From positions 10,096 to 74,095 of the forward strand of contig CP064977.1 in NCBI GenBank assembly GCA_016699465.1: a DNA stretch of 64,000 nt, read 5' to 3'. This DNA comes from Candidatus Campbellbacteria bacterium (GTDB lineage Bacteria > Patescibacteriota > Minisyncoccia > Phycocordibacterales > EsbW-18). Position 1 is the stretch's first letter. The number at the start of each line of letters is the position of its first letter. The position numbers and the translations under genes are program-made. Positions 37,096 to 45,662 of the stretch are shown one piece after another. The notes beneath the pieces were generated by a model that searched no databases, was not told where the DNA came from, and worked only from the letters and a program-made list of their open reading frames with translations.

Positions 37096-37997
37096 TTATC
37101 CCAAAGATCAACAAGTGCAACTATTGTCGCTACAGCATCGTCAGTATTCCATTGCTCTCCTGACGTGCCAAAAAGTGGTATAAGACCATTTTGACACATG
37201 AAATCGTCAATTGGGTTAGTGTATAAATAATTTAAAACAGATCTTGTTGACGCAGATAAATCGTTAGAGAAACAAGAGTTTGGTACATTGTAAATTAAGC
37301 TTTGTAAAAAATACGATGGTGCCTTTTCTTTATCTAGAAGACCTTTGTCAACAAGATAATTTCGAGCGTTTTTTATAATTCTTACAACCTGCTTAAATTG
37401 ATTTTGAGTATTTTGATGTTTTTGTGCACCATTTTTGAAATGATGTTCAGGGTAATTTACAATGGCTCTATTGGTTGTTCGGTGATAAAATTTTACACCT
37501 TCCTCTGAACTATGTGTGTCAGATCCGAAAAAATAGTCATACTTACGATAATTAATTACTGGTACCACATCCGCTTTTAAGCGACCCGATGTTGGTAGAA
37601 TTTTAATAGATTTATTTCCGCTTGTATCAACATTAGCTACAGCATAGTAGCTTTCGAGTGCCGAAATAACATCTCGTCGCAAATCTTGCCAATCGTAAAT
37701 AGCGCTACTGTATGCTTGATCATGAGCAGTTTTTTGTTCATAAGGAAGTTCATGTGCATTATGACCAAACGTAGTTGTAAGCTCAACGACAACATCAACA
37801 TCGCTATCCGCCCTAATATTTGTGTCGTTTTTATAAGAACCTTGTAAATAAATTTTTACAGAACCACTACTAATACGATCTTTCAGTGGCGAAAGATCGT
37901 GAGTAAGTGCACAACGTATAGATTCGTGAGTTGTTTTAGATGACACAGTAGCACCTTGGTTCGACCATGTTTCTAATTGAGAAAGAGGTATAGACAT
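37080..37997 (-). CDS. SMODS-domain nucleotidyltransferase (CD-NTase-like cyclic oligonucleotide synthase)
   Basis: Pol-beta NTase core YLQGSYKNDTNIRADSDVDVVVEL (GS...DxD), a third acidic residue in KADVVPV, and SMODS-like KSIKILPTS and QVVRIIKNAR. Confidence 0.65.
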   Translation of the reverse strand: MSIPLSQLETWSNQGATVSSKTTHESIRCALTHDLSPLKDRISSGSVKIYLQGSYKNDTNIRADSDVDVVVELTTTFGHNAHELPYEQKTAHDQAYSSAIYDWQDLRRDVISALESYYAVANVDTSGNKSIKILPTSGRLKADVVPVINYRKYDYFFGSDTHSSEEGVKFYHRTTNRAIVNYPEHHFKNGAQKHQNTQNQFKQVVRIIKNARNYLVDKGLLDKEKAPSYFLQSLIYNVPNSCFSNDLSASTRSVLNYLYTNPIDDFMCQNGLIPLFGTSGEQWNTDDAVATIVALVDLWDNWYER

Positions 37998-37999
37998 AT

Positions 38000-38227
38000 T
38001 TAGCCCCTAGGTGGGAATGGATCGTTGCCGTAACTATTACGTTCCTGAATCTTTCCATCTTTACCGTGAATAAAATGTTCAACCTTTGCTTTTTCAGCAA
38101 TATTTTCTGCTCTATTGAGAGCATTCTCTTTTGTGTGATGTGAAGAAAGTGGAGTAGAAGATTTTTCTGCTTTATTTTCCCACATGTGACGATCTGAATT
38201 GAAAACTGTATGTATATTTTTTGCCAT
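38000..38227 (-). CDS. DUF2188-family small protein
   Basis: MAKNIHTVFNSDRHMWENKAEKS...TKENALNRAENIAEKAKVEHFIHGKDGKIQERNSYGNDPFPPRG matches the DUF2188 pattern ...HV.P...GW.VK.EG......T...A...AR..A.....EL.IHG.DG.I....SYGNDP.PP.G. Confidence 0.6.
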   Translation of the reverse strand: MAKNIHTVFNSDRHMWENKAEKSSTPLSSHHTKENALNRAENIAEKAKVEHFIHGKDGKIQERNSYGNDPFPPRG

Positions 38228-38240
38228 ATGTTTTTTAAGA

Positions 38241-38879
38241 TTAACTTTTAATAATACCCACAACCTTTCCGCTTATCTGGAAGTCATCACCCTCGTGAAT
38301 AAATATTGGTAGATATTTTTCAGTTGAGTCGGCTTCTAGAATAATCATTCTATTCACCTTGTCTTCTCTGTATCGCTTGATCGTAGCAAGACCGTCTATA
38401 ACAGCGACAACTATGTCAGTATTTTTATAAATCTTGTATTCACTATCAACCAAAACAAAATCTCCACTTTCAATCGTCTTTCCATCAATTTCTGCTTTGT
38501 TCATACTATCGCCGTCAGCGATAAGTGCATACAAATTACTTTTGTTGCGTGGAAGAAGTGAAGAAGAAATTTTCAAATACTGGTCTATATTTTGCTCTGC
38601 GAATATTGTGGCAGGACCACAGTTGGCAGACCCAACAACAGGGAGGGAGTAGATCGGACTTGCTGATGCTTTTGCATAACCTCTTTTGACGAGCTTTATA
38701 ACCCCAGCTTCAAGATTCATTTGGATCAATCCTCCCTCAGCAAGCTTCTGAAGGTGGTACTTGGCAGTCTGGGGTTTTCCCTCTGCACCAACCATTTCAG
38801 CTATCTTTCTAAGGCTGTATGACCCAAAATCCTCGTGTGTCGCAATAAGATCTAAAAGTTGCTTTTGTATGATATGCAT
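38241..38879 (-). CDS. lexA: LexA-like repressor (winged-HTH plus S24 peptidase), possibly a phage CI-type repressor
   Basis: N-terminal LexA DNA-binding-domain-like segment (LTQKQLLDLI...YHLQKLAEGGLI). A C-terminal Ser-Lys dyad (GDSMNKA, ATIKRY). Confidence 0.8.
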   Translation of the reverse strand: MHIIQKQLLDLIATHEDFGSYSLRKIAEMVGAEGKPQTAKYHLQKLAEGGLIQMNLEAGVIKLVKRGYAKASASPIYSLPVVGSANCGPATIFAEQNIDQYLKISSSLLPRNKSNLYALIADGDSMNKAEIDGKTIESGDFVLVDSEYKIYKNTDIVVAVIDGLATIKRYREDKVNRMIILEADSTEKYLPIFIHEGDDFQISGKVVGIIKS

Positions 38880-38957
38880 AGGGGTAGTATAGCATGTTCA
38901 AAGTAAAGTGTAAATAAAGATTTGACATTTTACACCCCCTCTTGATAGAATAGAGAC

Positions 38958-39371
38958 ATGGAGCAGAAATTAGTATTGCACGAAGCGATTCACGAACCCA
39001 AATTGGGTGATATTATCATCGAAATAACCGATGTTCAATTTCACACCAATGCTCGTGTGACCACTTCCCAAGCAAATACTATTGATCGCTCCGTGCAGTC
39101 AAATAAGCCTGGTCGAGTATTTTCTCCAATGAGCCAAGGCTCGTTGAAAATAATAGAAAACAATACATTGTTGTTTTCTGGTCCATTTTTTGATTACGAA
39201 CAACTCAAAATTCTTGTTACAAAATATAATCAACAAGGAAAAAGAGTTTTTATTAAAAAACCAACAGCTAAAATACCATTACTTCCTGGTAAAGATACTG
39301 TTGAATTCGTAAACAGTATAAAGGGACAAAGAATTTTAAGGAGATTAGAAAAACAGGAAAAGATTGCTTAA
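38958..39371 (+). CDS. Hypothetical protein, divergent from the lexA-like gene
   Basis: ORF only. No recognisable motif. Confidence 0.35.
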   Translation: MEQKLVLHEAIHEPKLGDIIIEITDVQFHTNARVTTSQANTIDRSVQSNKPGRVFSPMSQGSLKIIENNTLLFSGPFFDYEQLKILVTKYNQQGKRVFIKKPTAKIPLLPGKDTVEFVNSIKGQRILRRLEKQEKIA

Positions 39372-39533
39372 AACAATAATGCGTAGTAACAAGCGAATAG
39401 TGTAGCTCCCTAGGACATGCCTATTCCGCGCAAAAAATAGCAGAAGCTTCGAACTTCTTTTATTTTGTGTGTGGAATAGGCTTTTTCTATACCTGTGTCC
39501 ATACATTTTATTAAAAATTATTAATAAAATGCT

Positions 39534-40808
39534 ATGCAAAAAATACAATGGCGTGCAGAAATTCGAGAGGTTAAAGATCTTGTTCCTTGGAAAGAAAATC
39601 CGAGAAAAATAACAAAGGTCGCTCTTGAGAAATTAAAAGACAAAATCATTCAAAGTGGTTTTCATAGTGTGATCGTTGTTGATACCGACAATACTATTTT
39701 GTCAGGTAACCAAAGAAAAGTAGCTCTCACTCAATTAGGAATCAAGGAAGTCCCTGTTCTCGTTCCTGATCGTACACTCACTAATGATGAGCGTACCAAG
39801 ATTGCACTTGAAAGCAATGTGAACGATGGCGAGTGGGATTTTGAAAAGCTTAAGTCGTTTGATTTAGATCTCATAAAATTTGCAGGATTTTCTGACATGG
39901 AAATCGCAAAGTTTTGGGATGAAGACAAAGATACAAAAGACGATAAGTTTGACGTCGACAAGGAAATCAAAAAGATAAAGACACCTGTGGTGCAAAAAGG
40001 TGATCTCATTATCATGGGTGATCACAAGTTACTCTGTGCCAGTTCAACAGACATACACGCCGTACAAAAACTATTCGGAGAGCATAAGGCGACGGCTATC
40101 TATAGCGATCCACCTTTTAATATCGGGCTATCGTATGACAAAGGCGTTGGTAACACCAGAAACTATGGTGGATCTTTCGACGACAACCAGTCTCCAAAAG
40201 AGTACGTTGAATTCATTCGACAAGTATTGAAGTCTGCACTTTCTGTATCTGTTGAAGACTTGCATGTCGCATTCTGGGCGGATGAAGCCTGGGTGTGGGT
40301 TTTTCAAACGCTCTACATGGAACTGGGTATTAAGAACAGACGCTTGAATGTCTGGGTGAAGAACAATTCATCACCGACCCCTACGGTTGCTTTCAACAAA
40401 TGTACAGAGTTTTGTGTCTATGGAAGTAAAGGATCTCCATACTTGTCTGACTTGGTAAAAAATCTCAATGAGATACAAAACAAAGATCTAAGCACAGGAA
40501 ACCAATTGCTTGAAGAAATATCAAACCTCTGGGCAACGAAGCGACTTCCATCGAATCAAATGGAGCACCCAACAAGCAAGAATCCAGAATTACATCATAA
40601 GTTCATTATGCGTTGCACTAAGCCTGGCGACATTATTTTTGATGCCTTCTCGGGATCTGCTAGCACCATGATCTGTGCGGAACAATTGGGTCGCAAGGTG
40701 TACTCCTTAGAAATCGAGCCAGTATTTTGTGATTTGGCAATTCGCCGTTATGAAAAACTGACTGGTCGGAAAGCAGAGATAATCAAAAACTTCTATGAAG
40801 AAAAATAA
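39534..40808 (+). CDS. ParB-like nuclease domain fused to a beta-class N6-adenine/N4-cytosine DNA methyltransferase
   Basis: ParB N-terminal motif SGNQRKVALTQLG. Catalytic motif IV SDPPFNIG precedes SAM motif I FDAFSGSAST (beta order). Such fusions are typical of phages and plasmids. Confidence 0.8.
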   Translation: MQKIQWRAEIREVKDLVPWKENPRKITKVALEKLKDKIIQSGFHSVIVVDTDNTILSGNQRKVALTQLGIKEVPVLVPDRTLTNDERTKIALESNVNDGEWDFEKLKSFDLDLIKFAGFSDMEIAKFWDEDKDTKDDKFDVDKEIKKIKTPVVQKGDLIIMGDHKLLCASSTDIHAVQKLFGEHKATAIYSDPPFNIGLSYDKGVGNTRNYGGSFDDNQSPKEYVEFIRQVLKSALSVSVEDLHVAFWADEAWVWVFQTLYMELGIKNRRLNVWVKNNSSPTPTVAFNKCTEFCVYGSKGSPYLSDLVKNLNEIQNKDLSTGNQLLEEISNLWATKRLPSNQMEHPTSKNPELHHKFIMRCTKPGDIIFDAFSGSASTMICAEQLGRKVYSLEIEPVFCDLAIRRYEKLTGRKAEIIKNFYEEK

Positions 40809-41202
40809 ACTCCAAGATCATTTTTTTGAAGAACTGACAAAAGTACCGATTGTACAAGTTGCTTGTGAAAAAACAGGTGTCTCTCGCAATAGTGTATACC
40901 GTTGGCGGAAAGACGATGCTTCATTCTGCAAGAAAATGGATCAAGCACTTAAAGACGGTGTGGCGTTGGTGAACGATATGAGTGAGACACAGCTCCTCAC
41001 CTTGATTAAGGAAAAGAATTATCCCGCCATCAGTTTCTGGCTCCGTCACCGCAATGACAACTACAAAAATAAACTCGAAATCACGACAAAAGAAGAAAGC
41101 GAAGCACTCACACCGTCACAGGCAAAGATCGTCCGCAACGCTCTTAAACTCGCTTCTATTACCAAGAGCAAATCCATTAAAAGAATTAACAAAGAAAAAT
41201 AA
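40795..41202 (+). CDS. Putative terminase small subunit (HTH protein immediately upstream of TerL)
   Basis: HTH-like VACEKTGVSRNSVYRWRK. The call rests on size and position. Confidence 0.45.
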   Translation: MKKNKLQDHFFEELTKVPIVQVACEKTGVSRNSVYRWRKDDASFCKKMDQALKDGVALVNDMSETQLLTLIKEKNYPAISFWLRHRNDNYKNKLEITTKEESEALTPSQAKIVRNALKLASITKSKSIKRINKEK

Positions 41203-41204
41203 TT

Positions 41205-42734
41205 ATGACTAAAATAATTGAAACCAGTTTAGTGAATAAAATGATGAAAGATAAGTTAGTGCGAACCTCTATCACTAAAGATAGCTTCTTGTACTTCTTC
41301 CACTTCTATTATGCCCATTATGTAAAGTATGAGACTGCGGACTTCCAGAAAGAGATCATCCACCATTTAGAAAAGTCAGCCATAGAGAATTTGTATGTGG
41401 TGGCATTTCGTGGATCAGGAAAATCAACCATGGTGACAACTGCATACCCGATCTGGGCGATCCTTGGAAAACAACAAAAGAAGTTTTGTATGATCTTCTG
41501 TCAGACCAGAATACAAGCCAAGCAACACATGATGAACATTAAAAACGAACTTGAGGGAAATGATCTGCTCAAGAAAGACCTCGGACCATTCCAAGAAGAG
41601 AGCGATGAATGGGGTTCATATTCTCTTGTGTTCAACAAAAGCGGTGCCAGAATTACAGTTGCTTCAACTGAACAAAGTATCCGTGGGTCACGACACAATG
41701 AACACCGCCCCGATCTCATCATCTGTGACGACGTTGAAGACGTACAGTCCACCAAAACACGCGAGGGGCGGGATAAGACATACCAATGGCTCTATGGCGA
41801 GGTTATTCCTGCGGGAGATAGAAAGACCCGATTGATCATTGTTGGAAACCTCTTACACGAAGATTCGCTTCTCATGCGTATCAAGGATGATATTGAGAAC
41901 AAACGCTCAAGAGGTGTCTTTAAACAATACCCACTTTTAGATGAACAAGATGTTTGTTTATGGCCTGGAAAATATCCAGAACTCAAAGATGTTGAAGAAC
42001 AGAAAATGAGTGTGGCGAGTGAGATATCGTGGCAGAGAGAATACTTGCTCCGTATTATTCCAAGTGACGATCAAGTAATTTATCCAGAGTGGATTCAATT
42101 CTATGACGAACTTCCTGGAACAAAACATAAGGGCTATCGTGGTACCTATGCAGGAGTGGATCTTGCAATCTCAACCAAAGATTCAGCGGACTATACTGCT
42201 ATCGTGTCTGCTCATGTGTATTCTCGTCGGGAGAAAATGAGAATCTATATTCTTCCAAATCCAATAAAACAGAAATTAAATTTTCCTGCACAAGTTGATC
42301 TCATGAAGAACTTCAAGAATACACAAATGCCAAGAAGACAAGATACGCTGTTTGTTGAAAGTGTGTCGTATCAAGAAGCCTTACCACAAATGCTTGAACT
42401 TAACGGTGTTGAAGCAGAGTCAGTAAAGCCAAAAGGAGACAAAAGAACAAGACTATCTCTCACTTCGACTTCTATCAAATCAGGAATCATTAAGTTTCCG
42501 CGGCACGGATGTGAAGATCTGATCCAAGAGCTTGTTGGATTCGGTGTTGAAAAGCATGATGACTTAGCCGATGCTTTTTCGCTCCTTATTAACTCGACAT
42601 TAGACAAACACGCACATGACGGTACGGTACTTATGGCATGGGTTAGTACAGATCGTAACTATGGCTGTGACGACGATGACATCTTATATTACAGCGATTA
42701 TGTTGATGTAGAAAAACCTATTCGTTTATCTTAA
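41205..42734 (+). CDS. Phage terminase large subunit
   Basis: Walker A AFRGSGKST and Walker B LIICDDVED. RNase-H-like nuclease domain with acidic residues (GVDLAISTKDSADYTAIV, HDDLADAF). Confidence 0.85.
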   Translation: MTKIIETSLVNKMMKDKLVRTSITKDSFLYFFHFYYAHYVKYETADFQKEIIHHLEKSAIENLYVVAFRGSGKSTMVTTAYPIWAILGKQQKKFCMIFCQTRIQAKQHMMNIKNELEGNDLLKKDLGPFQEESDEWGSYSLVFNKSGARITVASTEQSIRGSRHNEHRPDLIICDDVEDVQSTKTREGRDKTYQWLYGEVIPAGDRKTRLIIVGNLLHEDSLLMRIKDDIENKRSRGVFKQYPLLDEQDVCLWPGKYPELKDVEEQKMSVASEISWQREYLLRIIPSDDQVIYPEWIQFYDELPGTKHKGYRGTYAGVDLAISTKDSADYTAIVSAHVYSRREKMRIYILPNPIKQKLNFPAQVDLMKNFKNTQMPRRQDTLFVESVSYQEALPQMLELNGVEAESVKPKGDKRTRLSLTSTSIKSGIIKFPRHGCEDLIQELVGFGVEKHDDLADAFSLLINSTLDKHAHDGTVLMAWVSTDRNYGCDDDDILYYSDYVDVEKPIRLS

Positions 42735-43635
42735 AAGAGACAATCGCAAGTGGTAGTTCAAAGTCATCCATTGAGATAATGAATGGACCTTCCTTACCTT
42801 TCTTGTATAGGTACAAAAATCCATCTCTAATATCTAGAGAGGATATTTTGTCGTACGGAATACTGAAGTGTTTATTAAGACCAATATATCCAAGATTTTC
42901 TGTTGTTAGATAAAAAGTACCAGCATCGTCTGTCATCATGACATTCACTTTTTGTGGATTAATTTTGACATTACCAACTCGGTATCTCAACCCCTTGGCA
43001 ATTTTTATAGATGCAGAAAAACCACTGTAGTTATAACTCTTGGTTATCGATTTGTTTTTGATAATAAATGCCTTACTAACATAGTGCAGTTTTTCACCAT
43101 TACTTAAATTAACATTCAAATTAGGAACATCAATAGTTGGAAGTTTACCCTCGTCGATTAGATAAAGTGTATGGTATTTATTAAAATCACTCTGATTGTA
43201 AGCGAGATTATCAGTTGAAAGATTTAGATCTGAATAAATTTTAACTAGTTCCTTTCGCTCTGCTTCTGTAATTCGTGAGTCATCAGTGATCTTGTCAAAG
43301 AAAATTTTGAATCCTGCTAAGTTGTATTTCTCAACATCCTTGTCAGTTAAATTATGCTCCTTTTTAATTTCTTCTAAAATTATTTTCTCTTCATCTGAGA
43401 GGTTGCCGTCAATTAATAGCTCTTTAATTTTCTGAGAATATAAATCTAAGCCTTTTCTTTTTGGTGATCTGAATACTTTGGTAAATAAAAGATAGATTAC
43501 ACCGACAATAAGACCTATATAAACGAGGTTTTTAAATAAATCAAAATTAACTATAACAATAGTAAGAACAACGAGAACAATAATTATCTGTTTAAAAAGA
43601 GATAATTGTTTAAACTTTTCTAAAAGATTTTTCAT
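42718..43635 (-). CDS. Hypothetical membrane protein: two TM helices, TerB-like helical repeats, and a bacterial-PH-like C-terminal domain
   Basis: TM helices at the N-terminus. DGNLSDEEKIILEEI and SRITEAERKELVKIY resemble TerB. TDDAGTFYLTTENLGYIG...SIPYDKISSLDIRDGFLYLYKKG resembles a bPH domain. Confidence 0.4.
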   Translation of the reverse strand: MKNLLEKFKQLSLFKQIIIVLVVLTIVIVNFDLFKNLVYIGLIVGVIYLLFTKVFRSPKRKGLDLYSQKIKELLIDGNLSDEEKIILEEIKKEHNLTDKDVEKYNLAGFKIFFDKITDDSRITEAERKELVKIYSDLNLSTDNLAYNQSDFNKYHTLYLIDEGKLPTIDVPNLNVNLSNGEKLHYVSKAFIIKNKSITKSYNYSGFSASIKIAKGLRYRVGNVKINPQKVNVMMTDDAGTFYLTTENLGYIGLNKHFSIPYDKISSLDIRDGFLYLYKKGKEGPFIISMDDFELPLAIVSFKINE

Positions 43636-43989
43636 AAACTTTGGACGGTTTTGTTATGAAGGATCGTATAGGTAGCAAAAAGCTCCTAGCCAGATCCGAT
43701 ATACCCCGTGAGGTATACCCATACCCGTTTCCAGATATGACCGTCCAAAGTAGACTCTGACTAGGAGTTCTTTACTTTGGACGGATTTTGCGACCATATC
43801 CTGTAATTGCTTACAGGGGTTAGGTCTCTGTATTAACTTGTAAATGAATAATAACATTTTTGACCCTATTATTCAATTTAAATTCTATCGCAAACCCCTA
43901 GTTTTGCTAAGGCTAGTACGCGAGTACGCTACGTTTTTTTAGTTCTGCATAGACTTAGCAAGACTAGTGTTCTCTGTCATTAATATAGT

Positions 43990-45309
43990 ATGGAAACATA
44001 TACCACAGCCAGAATTGGTAAGGAGGTTATAGCACCAGTACAAAAAATTAGGTACGTTCTATATGCTCGTAAATCAACCGAATCAGAAGAACGCCAAGTT
44101 CTTTCGATTGATTCGCAAGTAAAGGAAATGCTTGAGCTTGCCGAACGTGATGGACTGGAAGTCGTAGAAATACGAAGAGAATCGCATAGTGCAAAAGAAT
44201 CAGGACAACGACCTGTGTACAAGGAAATTTTAGAAGATGTACGACGAGGACGATTTAATGGAATCCTCACTTGGGCACCCGATCGTCTTTCTCGTAACGC
44301 TGGTGACTTGGGAAGTATTGTCGATCTCATGGATCAGCAACTACTAATGGAGATTCGGACATACGGTCAACAGTTTAAAAACTCACCGAACGAAAAGTTC
44401 CTTTTAATGATTTTGTGTTCTCAAGCAAAACTTGAAAACGACAACAAGAGTATTAACGTAAAACGAGGATTGCGAACAAGAGTAGAAATGGGATTATGGC
44501 CTGGTCCTGCTCCAACAGGCTATATGAAAGAGAAACGAATGGATCGAAAGTGTGAGACACTCCTTGATCTAGAACGAGCACCAATTATTAAAAAGATGTT
44601 TGAGAAAGTGGCGTATGAACATTGGAGTGGTAGAAAAATCTATAATTGGCTCAAATTTGATTTAAACCTCAGAACCGCTGTAGGAAAGAAACATCTCAGT
44701 TTAGGAAATATTTATAAAGTTTTAGATAACACCTTTTATTACGGAGTTTTTGAGTATCCAAGACGATCAGGTAATTGGTATACAGGAAAGCATGAACCAA
44801 TAGTGACTAAGGAATTGTTTGATCTAGTACAAGCACAGATAAAAAGTAATGTGTTAAGAGTAGAAAACAAGGAGTTTGCTTTTACTAAAATGATGCTCTG
44901 TGGATTATGCGGATCTGGCATATCAGCAGATGAGAAATTCAAGAAAATCAAGAATGGTGGTGTTGCTCGATACGTCTATTACGGCTGTACTAAAGCGCGC
45001 GGGGTGGATTGTAAATGTGGGTATACAGAAGAAAGAGAATTGCTCAAGCAGTTCAACGAACTAATCGAAAAGATAAATTTAAATGAAATAGAAGTCAAAG
45101 AAAAGATAAAATATGATGTTGAGCGATTTTCTAAACTACAAAAATTCTTACTAGGGACTAAAGAAAAAATTGATATCCCAAATATAGACGTACGAGGATA
45201 TGCGAAGTATGTCTTAAAAGAAGGAACCGATATTGAAAAGCGAGAACTACTTGGATGTTTGAAGAGTAAGATCTGTTTGGCGAATAAAAAGATTACTTTG
45301 AAAGAATAA
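43990..45309 (+). CDS. Large serine recombinase (phage-type serine integrase)
   Basis: Resolvase catalytic domain (YARKSTESEERQ...SIDSQ), a recombinase domain, and a zinc ribbon CGLCGSG...YYGCTKARGVDCKC. Confidence 0.9.
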   Translation: METYTTARIGKEVIAPVQKIRYVLYARKSTESEERQVLSIDSQVKEMLELAERDGLEVVEIRRESHSAKESGQRPVYKEILEDVRRGRFNGILTWAPDRLSRNAGDLGSIVDLMDQQLLMEIRTYGQQFKNSPNEKFLLMILCSQAKLENDNKSINVKRGLRTRVEMGLWPGPAPTGYMKEKRMDRKCETLLDLERAPIIKKMFEKVAYEHWSGRKIYNWLKFDLNLRTAVGKKHLSLGNIYKVLDNTFYYGVFEYPRRSGNWYTGKHEPIVTKELFDLVQAQIKSNVLRVENKEFAFTKMMLCGLCGSGISADEKFKKIKNGGVARYVYYGCTKARGVDCKCGYTEERELLKQFNELIEKINLNEIEVKEKIKYDVERFSKLQKFLLGTKEKIDIPNIDVRGYAKYVLKEGTDIEKRELLGCLKSKICLANKKITLKE

Positions 45310-45341
45310 GTACAAAACTAATAGGACCCATCATTTTGACA

Positions 45342-45365
45342 AGTATACCCCCTAAGGGGTATACT
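45342..45365. promoter_or_regulatory. Candidate CsoR operator, a perfect palindrome agtatacccc-cta-aggggtatact
   Basis: Perfect inverted repeat read directly. Located 2 to 25 bp upstream of the csoR start. Confidence 0.55.
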
Positions 45366-45366
45366 T

Positions 45367-45648
45367 TTGCCTATGGAATACTTAGACAAAAAGAGTAAGG
45401 AAAAAATTGTTCGCAGGCTCAAACTTATTGAAGGTCAAATCAGAGGCCTTCAAAAAATGGTCGACAATGACACTTATTGCATTGATGTTATTACGCAGAC
45501 TTCGGCAGTCAAACAAGGTCTTTCCAACATTGAAGACTTGTTGCTTGAAAACCATCTGAATCATTGCGTAGAACATGATATGTCTTCGGGTAAGCTTGTT
45601 AAAGCAAAAAGCGAGGTCATGAAAGTCTACAAGCTTAAGAGGAAATAA
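45367..45648 (+). CDS. csoR: CsoR/RcnR-family metal-sensing repressor
   Basis: 93 aa with the W-X-Y-Z ligand pattern (C in DTYCIDV, H and C in HLNHC). A four-helix DUF156-like length. Confidence 0.75.
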   Translation: MPMEYLDKKSKEKIVRRLKLIEGQIRGLQKMVDNDTYCIDVITQTSAVKQGLSNIEDLLLENHLNHCVEHDMSSGKLVKAKSEVMKVYKLKRK

Positions 45649-45662
45649 AGCTACAATCATAT

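Larger units (their letters stand above)
36484..45309. mobile_element. Prophage-like integrative element or remnant carrying the CBASS-like module, a LexA-like repressor, a ParB-methyltransferase, TerS/TerL, and a serine integrase. Boundaries are approximate.
   Basis: The gene content listed above, with no portal, capsid or tail genes. Flanked by tsaD on the left and the metal-resistance cassette on the right. Confidence 0.5.
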
